NCBI RefSeq assembly: GCF_001194135.2
Contig: NC_068988.1
Location: forward strand, 73,705,027 to 73,769,026
From: Octopus bimaculoides
Taxonomy: Eukaryota
Length of the DNA stretch: 64,000 nucleotides
Reading direction: 5' to 3'
Shown here: piece by piece, positions 50,855-61,939 of the stretch
How the letters are laid out: each line of letters begins with the position of its first letter
How positions within the stretch are numbered: the first letter of the stretch is position 1
The notes under the pieces: model-generated
Databases searched by the model: none
Seen by the model: only the letters and a program-made list of their open reading frames with translations
What the model was told of the DNA's origin: nothing
Translations under genes and position numbers: made by a program

Positions 50855-51205
50855 CTTGTTTCAGTCATTTGACTGCAGCCATGCTGGAGCACCACCTATA
50901 GTCAAACAAATCGACCCCATGATTCATTTTTTGTAAGCCTAGTACTTATTCTATCTGTCTCTTTTGCCAAACTGCTAAGTTACAGGGATGTAAACACACC
51001 AGCATCGGTTGTCAAGCGATGGTGGGGTCAAACACAGACACACAAATACATACCTATATATATAAATACACACACACACACACATAATGGGCTTCTTTCA
51101 GTTTCCGTCCATCAAATCCACTCACAAGGCTTTGGTTAGCCCAAGGTACCACACAGTGGGATTGAACCCAGAGCCATGTGGTTGGAGAGCAAGCTTCTTA
51201 CCACA
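50855..51205 (-). mobile_element. tRNA-derived SINE, most abundant family here (also 53380-53715 plus, 58868-59235 minus, 60667-61070 plus)
   Basis: Shared head gtggctatgtggtaag...ggttccgagttcattccc, core ccttgtgagtggatttggtagacggaaactgaaagaag, internal microsatellite, and 3' gcagtcaaatgactgaaacaagta. Confidence 0.9.
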
Positions 51206-51214
51206 CAACTTATT

Positions 51215-51436
51215 TATAAGCTTAAAGCTTATAAGCAATCATCAAACACTGACTAAGGTAAATAGTCTAATATTGGGACACATAAGCCATCAATGGAAAA
51301 AAGTCGGGTTTGCCATACACATGGGACTCACACCAACACCTCTATGTATTTGTGGTCAAGGGCTTATATGCCCCAATATTACACAGTTTACCTTACTCAA
51401 TGCACGATGATCGCTTATAAGCTTTAAGCTTATAAA

Positions 51437-51468
<32 letters not shown>

Positions 51469-51750
51469 GTTACAGGAATGTAAAATTCAGCACCATTTAC
51501 CAAATAATCGCAGAAAACACACATGGAAAAGTTGTTTACAAAAAAACAACATTATGAAAATATAGTCCTTAAATCTGACAGAAAAACCCAGGATGTACAT
51601 TAGCGTAATGGTTAGCATGCTTGTCGCGAATACATAGAGGTGTGAGTTCAAGTCCCATGTGTATGGCAAACCCTACTCTTTTCCGTCAAGGGCTTATATA
51701 CCCCAATATTAGACTATTTACCTTAGTCAATACATGGTGATCACTTAAAA
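51215..51750. repeat. tRNA-headed element (51594-51750 plus) with an inverted partial copy and a second 3' copy forming a fold-back at 51215-51437
   Basis: tagcgtaatggttagcatgc (A box) and gagttcaagtccc (B box). 51297-51351 is the reverse complement of 51619-51673. Arms atttataagcttaaagcttataagc / gcttataagctttaagcttataaat. Confidence 0.75.
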
Positions 51751-52214
51751 ATATTATCAATAATATTAATGTGCCAACTTTTTGTTTTTATACATACCTG
51801 TTGTGTGTATCACAGTTACTTCAAAGGAAGAAGTAAGTGGCAAAGTGGGAGAGAGGAAATGAGAGAGAGTGAGAGAGAGTGAGTGGTGACAGCGTTCGTT
51901 GTGTGGTTTTAAACATCAGTATTTTCAGAGTAGAGTGATACATACATCGCAAGAAAAGGAGATACATAGACCAAAAGAAAAGCAGATACATATATCTAAA
52001 GAAAGATAGATACATAGATACATACACACATTGTTAAATTAAAAGCGGGAGAGAGGAGGGACACAGACGAAGTGAGAGAAGTGAGAGACAGTAGACACAT
52101 AGATCGAAAGAAAAGTTGATACATAGATACATAGATTGTTAAATGAAAGACAAATAACTACAGCAAATATTGAATGTCACTTTCACTTTTCATTACCACA
52201 TGAGGATAAAATTA

Positions 52215-52985
52215 ACTCACAAGTGGCTGAGTACTCCACAAACATGCATACTGTTAATGTAGGTCTCAGCCTCACACAGAATATGACAAGGCTGGCCCCT
52301 TTCAATTACAGCTACAACTCATTTTGGCCAGTTGAGTGGACTGGAGCAAGATAAGCCTTCAAGTGGTTGGAAGAAAACAAAAAAAAGATCCTATATAGGG
52401 GCAGGAGAATCTTTCAAGTTGTTAGGGTCACTATGGGTGTTAATCCGGTCCTAACAGTGGCATTTGTGGGTCTCACAGATCTGGAGGCCAGTAAACACTG
52501 ATGTACAGGCTGTTGTTATGAAACTGAGTGTGAGTCGAGGGTAAAATCACTACACAATGGAATAGCAATTATTTCATCTCCGCTTTCACTGCTTATACTA
52601 AACACATGACATTTTTGCCTTACAATATAGAACATTTCCTTTTCTTTCACTCTATTTAAAAAATGGCAGTCTGTTGCTTATGATAATGTCCTGTTTATCT
52701 CATCAATGGAACAGTCTGCTTGTAATATTAACGTGCAAGTGGCTGAGTACTCCACAGACATGCACCACCATAACATAGTTGTGAGGGAGATACAGCCTCA
52801 CACAGAATGTGACAATGCTGGCCCCTTTGAATTACAGCTACAACCATTTTTGAAAGCTGAGTGGACTGCAGCAAGGTGAAGTAGAGTACCTTGCTCAAGA
52901 ATACTATGTGCCACCAGGAATCATACTCATGACTTTACGATCATGAGCCAAGTACCCCTAACCACTGAGCCATGCACCTTCACTC
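52215..52985 (-). mobile_element. Two remnants of a third SINE family (52215-52355 and 52735-52985)
   Basis: Shared caagtggctgagtactccaca.acatgca...cagcctcacacagaat.tgaca..gctggcccct; tRNA-like head reverse complement cctaaccactgagccatgcacc. Confidence 0.7.
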
Positions 52986-53426
52986 TTTTAACTGTAGGAA
53001 AAAGGAGTGAAGCGATAGAGACAGAGAAAGGAAAGCATCAGTCATTTGAAATGACAATTAGACTGAAATATGATCGATCTTTTCTAGCTTCTTTACTTTT
53101 AATAATGAAGAAGAGGGAAAGACATTTAGTAATGACTAGAGGAAAAGTCTTGCAGGTGTTTATGTTTTCATTCTGGGAGGTCTAGAATGATCGAGTGTTA
53201 GTTCTCTTTTCTTTCCCCCATTCCCGGTACTTATTCGCTTTCTTTTATAGTTCTTTATGTCTTTGAGTTGGGGGGAAGGATCATATTGTTTTTTTGGGGC
53301 ATGTTTAACATTTTCCCTACAAACAAGCCCCACTTCCTTCCATTTTTTTTTCATACAAAAACTAATTATAGCTTTGGGCTGACCAAAGCCTTGAGTGGAC
53401 TTGGTAGATGGAAACTGAAAAAACCC

Positions 53427-53494
<68 letters not shown>

Positions 53495-54074
53495 TGTATG
53501 TACGTATGTATTTATGCATATGTGTTTGTGTCAGTATGTCTCCCCACCACCATCGATTGACAACTGATGTTGGTGTGTTTGCATCTCCGTAACTTAGCTC
53601 ATACAATAAGCACCAGGCTTACAGGGAATAAGTCCAGTGGGCGATTTCTTCAACTAAAGGGCGGTGCTCTAGCATGGCCACCATCAAATGACTGAAACAA
53701 GTAAAAGAATAAAAGAATACTAGAAGAACGTTCCATACCACTAAACCAAGAAGGTTTTTTGAATATGTACGATGTATTTTAAGGCTAAATTGTAAGTCTG
53801 TTTTCATTTGCATAGCCAAGATATTTTGGTTGGATTATATAGTTATTGGTTTTACACATCTTTCTATATTCTGTAACTGTCGCAATATAGAAACATTTCC
53901 CATGGCACCAGCACACAATTTACAGATGCTTACATCTTTTGTGTTTTCCATGAAGTTTTCGCAGGTCCAGCTAGTTACTATTATTTACATAAGTGTAAAA
54001 TTCAGCACCATTTACCAAATAATTGCATATATATATATAGTAACTGTCCTTTTAAGTGGTCCTTTTGTTCATTT

Positions 54075-54500
54075 GGCAGACCTGGTGGGGGTGGGGGCAT
54101 AAGCAGAGATGATTGTTGCTGTGCTATTCTGCAAAACTAGTCTAGGCTTAAGTACCCTATCACATACTCTGACTACTTCAATCACTTTATTTACCCATTT
54201 CTCAGCTATAAGTATGTTAACAACTCCTAGCCCATCACTGTTGCCCTCCCAGAAGAGTTTATACATATGCCTTTTACCAATGAGGAACCTGGCTGAAGCT
54301 CCCCTTCCACTGAACTTCTTGGATGCAGCACACAACACATCTCCTTTCAAGCATATCAACAATATCACTAGACCTATCTTTCAATTTGCCTACACTGACA
54401 GTACCAAATCTGAGGGAATGTATGGGGAGGCAGGAGATAACATGGGGAGGAGGAACTGTGGCTATCAGCATCTGAAAAGAAGGTTGTAATGAGCATTTGC
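54075..54500 (-). mobile_element. RTE LINE apurinic-endonuclease domain fragment
   Basis: RFGTVSVGKLKDRSSDIVDMLERR, CCIQEV, KLFWEGN and IISAYAP across frames. Confidence 0.85.
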
Positions 54501-55556
54501 CAACAGACACATCATAGCAGTTGTCCTCACATTTAATCCACCATCATTCATGTTACACTTGCTACCTCCATTGGATGTGTGGGTGCTATATCAGCACTAC
54601 TTACAGCAGTGTTTGTACAGATACCAGTAAATATATATGTTGGTTAACTGATTAATTATTATCACTGCCATTGGTTGTGGATACCATATACTGGCAGTAG
54701 TATAAAGCAGTGTTAATATAAATGCACCGGGAACATCCAATGCCAAGTTCTAATAAACTGCAATAGTGATACATATGTAGGAACTAAATATTTATGCTGG
54801 TGCTTACCTTAATTTTCACTACATAATATACATATATAATTATTCACAAGGAAATTGGAGCAAGCAAGTTATTTTATTACATAAATTTACAATTGTTTCT
54901 TTGACATTTGATCTCAATAGTATTGCAATATTATTATATAATATATGCAACTATAGATTCTTGAGATATCAATATACTGATACAATCGATCATTGACTCT
55001 TATGTTATGTATAAAATCCATTGGTTTCTGTATCTTGAATTATCAACAATTTATATCTATAGCCAGTAGGTGTGTTTATATGATTAAATTTGCATATCAC
55101 AAGAAAAATAAGTAAATAAATAAATCACAATTCAAATAGGATGCAAAAGAGAGGTAAAAAAGAGCAACTCAGTAGATAATAATGTTTTGTCACCAGAAGA
55201 TATATAAATCATTTGACTTGCTAATACTCAGTGTTTTCTTTAATCATTTTCTTTTAAAAAAAGAGAGAGGAAAAGAAAAAAACATCTATTTCATCAGCTA
55301 TTTAGAAACTGTAGACATAGTTCTGTACCATTATCACAATGTGGTGTAGGTGTATGTGTGTGAGAGAGGGAGGCAGCTATCTAAATACATGTTAACACAG
55401 AGGCCAAATGTCAACCCCCACTAAATACAGAAACCACACACCCAGATAAACGACAAAGATAAGTTTATTAATGTATTAAAGGGCATGCCTTACTTACTAA
55501 GGAGAGGAAGAAAAAAGAGGTAAACAGAAATTTTGTTTACTTATTTTAACAAAGTT

Positions 55557-55905
55557 ATCATCATCATTTAACATCTGCTTTCCATGCTGGCATGGGTTAG
55601 ATGGTTTAACTGAAACTGGTAAGCTGTAGGGCTACACCAGGTTCAAATCTCATCTTGTATGGTTTCAACACCAACCACTCCACAAGTGTAATGGGTGCTT
55701 TTTATGTGCCAGTTACGTAACGCCAGCATCAGCCGGCTGACAGGTCTTCTCAAGCATGGTATGTCGCCAAAGGTCTTGGTCACTTAGCATTGCCTCCATG
55801 AGGCCCAATGTTCGAAAGGTGCTTTTTACGTGCCAGTTATGTGACACCAGCATCAGCCACGACTATGATTTCACTTGGCTTCACAAGTCTTCTCAAGTCA
55901 AGTAC
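55557..55905 (-). mobile_element. RTE LINE 3' end fragment
   Basis: atcatcatcatttaacatctgctttccatgctggcatggg... Confidence 0.8.
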
Positions 55906-56230
55906 AAAATCAGGTTCAAAATAAAGAATGACTTTACTTGTGCATCTAAAAACTTAATTTACATTATAACTTGTTTGGGATGTAAACAGAACTATTTAGG
56001 ACAAATAGGAATGACATTAAGACAAAAAACAACACTGCATAGTGAACAACTTTGCTTCTTAAGATACAAATACTGCTCAGCAAACACATATATAGATGTG
56101 CTAGGAATTTTCAACCTAACTTTAAAATATTCCCTTTATAGCAATGTAGTAGAACAACTTCTGAACAACAGCAGATAAATAAAGAGACTACATTCATAGA
56201 AAAATATCGACTATGCCTAAATATGAACAT
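55905..56230 (+). mobile_element. Penelope-type GIY-YIG endonuclease remnant
   Basis: FTCASKNLIYIITCLGCKQNYLGQIGMTLRQKTTLH. Confidence 0.75.
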
Positions 56231-58096
56231 CAGTTTTATTCAATCAATTCAATCTGATTAATTCTATTTTATTTATATATAACTAATCTACATATAATTA
56301 ATTCACTTTACCTTCACAAAATAGGGGAAATATTGATAATTGAAATTATCAGCCAAGAAAATAGTGTTGCTGTAGGTCAAATTGACCTTGGCAACATGCG
56401 AAACAAGCAACAAGGCACATTTAGCAACATCTGAGCTATGCCATAAGGTACTTACTTAGGACAATCTACTGAAAATAAAAGATCCTTATAAACAAGAGCA
56501 GTCTTTTCTCAATGATCACTAGATTGCAAAATTTTGGCAAACAAAAGAGAAATTAAGAACAAATAAGACTGATTTTCTTTAAAGTAAGTTTGAAATTCTT
56601 CTTAAAAAATTAGGTTGTAAAAACAAAAAGGAGGAGAAGCATTTCTATAGAGTTTCTAAAAATCATAAGGAACTATCACGAAAAACAATAGCGTAGGTTT
56701 TGTTTGTTTGTTTTTTTTAATACCACAAATATATTACAATATATTTAGTCTTTTTGAGGTGGTGTTAGCAGTGAGTTGACTATGCTTTAACTGAAGAGAT
56801 TTAATAGGGTTGAAACATGCCAAGGCTTTTCACTCCGCTACTGCATATCTCAAATTAATTTTGGTCAATTAAAAGTATGAGAGTTCCTTCCCATGTCCCT
56901 TTTGAGAATAGCTTTCGTTAATCCTAATTTGTAACATGTGCTTCCCTATATTTTCATTATAAAGAAAGCAGTCTTGTGAAATTTTCCATTATTAAAGCAT
57001 ATTTAGCTTACTCAATATTTCAACCATACAAATTCAATTAAAAACATTTTATATTTCAAAAATCACAATCCCACAACTATGTCTTTAAAAAGACTGATTC
57101 AGATCTAAGTCATATAATGCTTTGAAAATAAATTTACTTGTTAAATTAGCTGATTTGCTTAATTAATAGTACATCATTACATTTTCTGTACTGTTTTTCT
57201 TCTAATCTTGCAACAATTTTCCTTAACTACATATCTCACTTTAAGTTCTGACTTTTCAATATCTGACCAACTCTTTCTCAAAGTAGCCAGTAACAAATCT
57301 GATTAGTTGTCCTAAGCACCAGTAACCATAATAATATCCTTGTTTTAGTAATAATTCTTCAAGCAAAGTCTCCTACCTGTAATATGAATAACTTTCCTTG
57401 CTTGCTAAATATTATGATGTATACAAACTTCTGTTGCAATAAATGGTGAAATATTAAACTGACTCAAAAATTCTTTGTGAAAACATTCTGAAACTATGCA
57501 TAACTATCAATAATCTAAGTCTTTGATGAAAAAAAAGCTCAGAGAAAATTTCTAATAACTTATGAATAATAACAAGTATGTTTATAATTTTCAAAATAGG
57601 GCTGCATATCATAAGTTTTCAGATATACCCAAAACATTTATCCTGAAAAATTAAAATTAAATATACAGTGGCAATAGATAACATAATAATTGAGGATGAT
57701 GTTCTAGTACATCACATTTCTTTTATAGTGTTTTACATAGAAATAAAATGACAAGAGTAATGTAGAAGTGTAATATCAATAAATGTTAACACAAACAATA
57801 AAGATATTCCCCAGAATACTGTGTAATAAGTATTTTATAAGATGTTCAAAGAATTAGGTTAATTGATCAAAACAGTGGAAAATACGCACAATACTGAAGA
57901 GTTTTAAATGACAGCATATGAAATCAACTAATCTCCCTCAAAGTACCTCATAAATATCCAAAAATGGTACTGACATGTCAAATCTCCAGACAGTATGCTT
58001 ACAACAAAGAATGGATACTTGTAGCTTGATTACCATTTAAAAAGTATTCAAATCAGGTTAACAGAAATATTTTATTAAAATATTGAAAATACTCAC

Positions 58097-58100
58097 AGTA
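58097..58100 (-). CDS. MPC1: Mitochondrial pyruvate carrier 1, 4-nt micro-exon TACT (completes S/C codon plus Thr)
   Basis: ttattttctttttcatatgatgttgttaaatggtcaacag|TACT|gtgagt gives xx|T-ACT-CAC = (S)TH. As I recall it, human MPC1 has a 4-nt TACG exon at this position (exons 71/4/97/133/25 nt, summing to 109 aa). A 4-nt exon cannot be proven from genomic sequence alone. Confidence 0.8.
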
Positions 58101-58299
58101 CTGTTGACCATTTAACAACATCATATGAAAAAGAAAATAAAGGAAATTATCAAACAAATATTGATAGAATTTAGCATTGTTGAGAAATTTTTAGCAAAGA
58201 ATGGACTCTCTACCAGTGGCATGCAAAGAAGTTGAACCACTCCCATACTACCCACTTCAGAAAAATTCTTAGCATTAAGTGGCAAGAAAAAATTCTTAC

Positions 58300-58319
58300 C
58301 ACAGAAGTACTTCTTTCAT
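58300..58319 (-). CDS. MPC1: Candidate alternative first coding segment of MPC1 (MKEVLLC)
   Basis: agcATGAAAGAAGTACTTCTGTG|gtaag is phase 2, 199 nt upstream of the 4-nt exon, and gives a 101-aa protein. The N-terminus does not resemble canonical KEFRDYLMS. Confidence 0.35.
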
Positions 58320-58811
58320 GCTGAACTGTCCAGCATCGACACAATCTTGGTGCAGTCACATCTGCACAGGACAGGTCGTGTAGTTTGCATGCCAGATCAC
58401 TGGCTCCTAAAGAAACTTTTGAGTCTGATAAATGTTTCTGAGGAGGCTAAAAAATATGCTGCAAAGATGAGTAGCATTCTAGTATTAATTATTCTACTAC
58501 ATTAGAATATAATAATTGTTTCCGTTAAGATGGTTAAGATATATAAATAAATATAACTTCTGTAGTGGAAGATTATAACATAGCACAGAATTTTGTCAGT
58601 GAACAGGTTGCAGTCTCAAAGCGACAAAAATATTTTGGCAAATTAAATTTAAATGTTGAAGTGAATCTAATGGTTTTTGTATGTTTCTTAAATGGCTTAT
58701 TAACACCTTCCGTGCTGCAATTGTATAGTAAAATTGTTTCTTTAATATTGTTTTCAGTACATTACTCATACTGAGTAATTAACATGTGCAACTGTTGGTC
58801 CATAGATCAAC

Positions 58812-58850
<39 letters not shown>

Positions 58851-59654
58851 CACACACACACACACACACAGACTGCGGCCATGCTGGGGCACCACCTTGA
58901 AGGGTTTTAGCCAAACAAATCGACCCCAGGACTTATTTCTTAAGCCTAATACTTATTCTACTGGTCTCTTTTGCTGAACTATTAAGTTACAGGAATGTAA
59001 ACACAGCAACACCAGTTGTCAAGTGGGGGACAAACACACACACAAAGATATACATACATAGACACACACACACACATACAACCGGCATCCTTCAGTTTCC
59101 ATCTACCAAATCCGTTCATAAAGCTTTGATCGGCCCAAGGCTATAGAAGATACTTGCCCAAGGTACCATGCAGTGGCACTGAACCCAGAGCCATGTAGTT
59201 GGGAAGCTAGCTTCTTACCACACAGCTACGCCTGCACCTACATATATTTTGGACAACACCTGAGCACACATATTACAACCTTCATATCTCTCTTTTCTTT
59301 ACTCTACCATCACATCTATGCTCTGATCCTTGTTACTTGTGAATATACCCGGCACTTAACCATCTTTCTCCTGCTCTCTCTGACACTTTTGTTGTTTCCC
59401 ACTCTCTCTCACTCTTCCCTCTGGCTGAGCAGCCACATATCTCCTCTACAGCAGCACACCTATTTCTGCCCTCATTCTTGGTTGCTTTCTCTCTCTCTCT
59501 TGCTGGGTAACCATGTACCTCCTCTATACCAAGACACCTATTTCTGCCAACCTATTTCTCTGTCACCCTCTAACCTTTCATCATCTGACACAAGTTCCCC
59601 TCCTCAAATGCCCCTGCCCTCTCATAATTCCTTTTCTTGTGTGTTACTCAGTGA

Positions 59655-59945
59655 CCCTGCCAGTTCTGGTGCTATGTAAAAAGCATCCAGTCCACACTAT
59701 AAAGTGGTTGGCATGTGGAAAGGCATCCAGCTGTAAAAATCATGCCAAAACTAACCTTGCCTGTGCTAGTGCCACGTAAAAAGCACTGAGTCCACTCTGT
59801 GGAGTAGTTGCTGTTAGGAAGGGCATCCAACCATAAAAATGCTGCCAAAATAGACAGAGTAGCAAAGGGTAGTTTTTCTACCTGTGAAACGTCCTACCCA
59901 TACATGCATGGTAGATGGATGTTAAACAATGATGATGATGATAAT
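59655..59945 (+). mobile_element. RTE LINE 3' end fragment
   Basis: ggaaaggcatccagctgtaaaaatc...ggatgttaaacaatgatgatgatg. Confidence 0.75.
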
Positions 59946-59981
59946 AATATATACACACACACACACGCATATAATATGTAT

Positions 59982-61244
59982 ATTACATGGAAAAATGCGA
60001 GCAAGAGAAATGTTCTTAAGGTTATAAATCTGGAAAAGTACAGGACAAGTTATTACACTTGGAAAAGTTCAGGCAAGTTATTACATCTGGTAAAGTACAA
60101 ACAAGAAAATTTTTACTTAAGATATTGCAGCTAAGGATAAGAATTTCAAATAAAATATTTAGATTTAGAAAATATTAGCCTTTATTAAAACTAAAAATTT
60201 TATTACAATTTATTACTTCTATTTGTTATTACTTGTTACTTCTATTAAAAATTAAAAATAACCTAAATATTTTTTGCACTTTAAAAAAATTCATTATTTT
60301 AATTATTAATTAATAATTAGAAATTTGAAAATAGGTTATAAAAAAATAATAGTAGTACATAATTAGTTAGAAAAATTCAAAAATTAGTTATATATTACAG
60401 TAAAATCTACCTATAACAACAAATTCACCGTAAAGTTTGCTTGAATTTAAGTTATCACCAAGTCTTCACATTTTTAGTCTTGAACAACACCTAGTTTTTA
60501 CATAATGAATTTTCCTACCATATATTTGATTCTACTTTGCATAAAACTTTAGCTATATTGGTACTTCTGGCTCTCATTTTTTAAGTATTCTAGTGTGTCA
60601 ATATTTTAACAAAATGATACCTTTTTTTTAAGTTTCTTTGTAAATTAAAATCAAATAATTTTCAATAGGCGCAGGAGTGGCTATGTGGTAAGTAGCTTGC
60701 TTACCAACCACATGGTTCCGAGTTCATTCCCACTGCGTGGCACCTTGGGCAAGTGTCTTCTACTATAGCCTCGGGCTAACCAATGCCTTGTGAGTGGATT
60801 TGGTAGACGGAAACTGAAAGAAGCCCGTCGTATATATATATATATATATATATATAAATGCATGTTTGTGTGTCTGTGTTTGTTCCCCCACCATTGCTTG
60901 ACAACCGATGATGGTGTGTTTACATCCCTGTAACTTAGCGGTTCTGCAAAAAAGACCGATAGAATAAGTACTAGGCTTACAAAGAATAAGTTCTGGGGTC
61001 GATTTGCTTGACTAAAGACGATGCTCCAGCACGGCCGCAGTCAAATGACTGAAACAAGTATAAGAGTAATATTCAAATTTTATCCTTAGCTGCAATATTT
61101 TAAGTAAAAAAGTTTCTTGTTCTGTACTTTACCAGATGTAATAATTTGTCCCAAACTTTTCCAAGTGTAATAACTTAACCTGTACTTTTTCAGATTTATA
61201 ACCTTAAGAATATCATTTCTCTTGCTTGCATTTTTCCATGTAAT
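59982..61244. repeat. Inverted repeat pair (59982-60151 and 61071-61244) enclosing AT-rich DNA and a SINE
   Basis: attacatggaaaaatgc...tgcagctaaggataa mirrored by ttatccttagctgca...gcatttttccatgtaat. Confidence 0.9.
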
Positions 61245-61383
61245 CCATATTTTTTCCAGGCTATGCTATTATGCTAATTAATAATGTGTCAATTAGCTGT
61301 GTTTTTCCTTACCTCAATGATGCCGGTGACATCTATTAAAAGTCCCCTAGAACTATATTCATAAAAAAAGTATAGAACTATAT

Positions 61384-61939
61384 TGTTACGAACGCCCACA
61401 CGCGAAGCACCTCGACGAAGAGAGAACTCGCGCGCGCGCGAAGGTCGACACTCAGTGAGTCGGGATGTTCGCCACGACTAAGCTCCGGCTGGAGCACGCA
61501 ACGATGACAACAGGCAAAAGGAGGAGGATGAAATAACACGGAGACCATACGTTGGGTAGTGGAACTAACTTTTTCTTCTTTTTAGCAAACAAAACATTAC
61601 ATCATCAATACATGGCATAACATTGCGTAACAATAAATTCAATAGCATATAACAATAGCGCATGCAACATAATCAAAGGTTTACAATCATTACATAAGCA
61701 AGAGTTCGTACATCAAGTCCATTAAAAGTTCTTTTACTTCTTTGTTTTCTTTTCAGTTAAACAACATGTAACAAAGTTCTTTCTTTTTTTCTCTTTTAAG
61801 TTAACATCACAGTTAACAGTTCTTTTAACACATGTAACGACAAGTACATTTTTCTTGGGAGAATATTTACACAAACCTTTACCGTAATAATTTCCTTTCT
61901 TTCAAAACTCTCACTATAATCCACAAGTAGTGACCAACT
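61384..61939. mobile_element. Probable LTR end of a young LTR retrotransposon running into the gap
   Basis: Abrupt CpG-rich sequence starting tgttacgaac (TG.. / ..CA terminus) with a (CG)n run. No second LTR or coding domain is visible. Confidence 0.5.
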
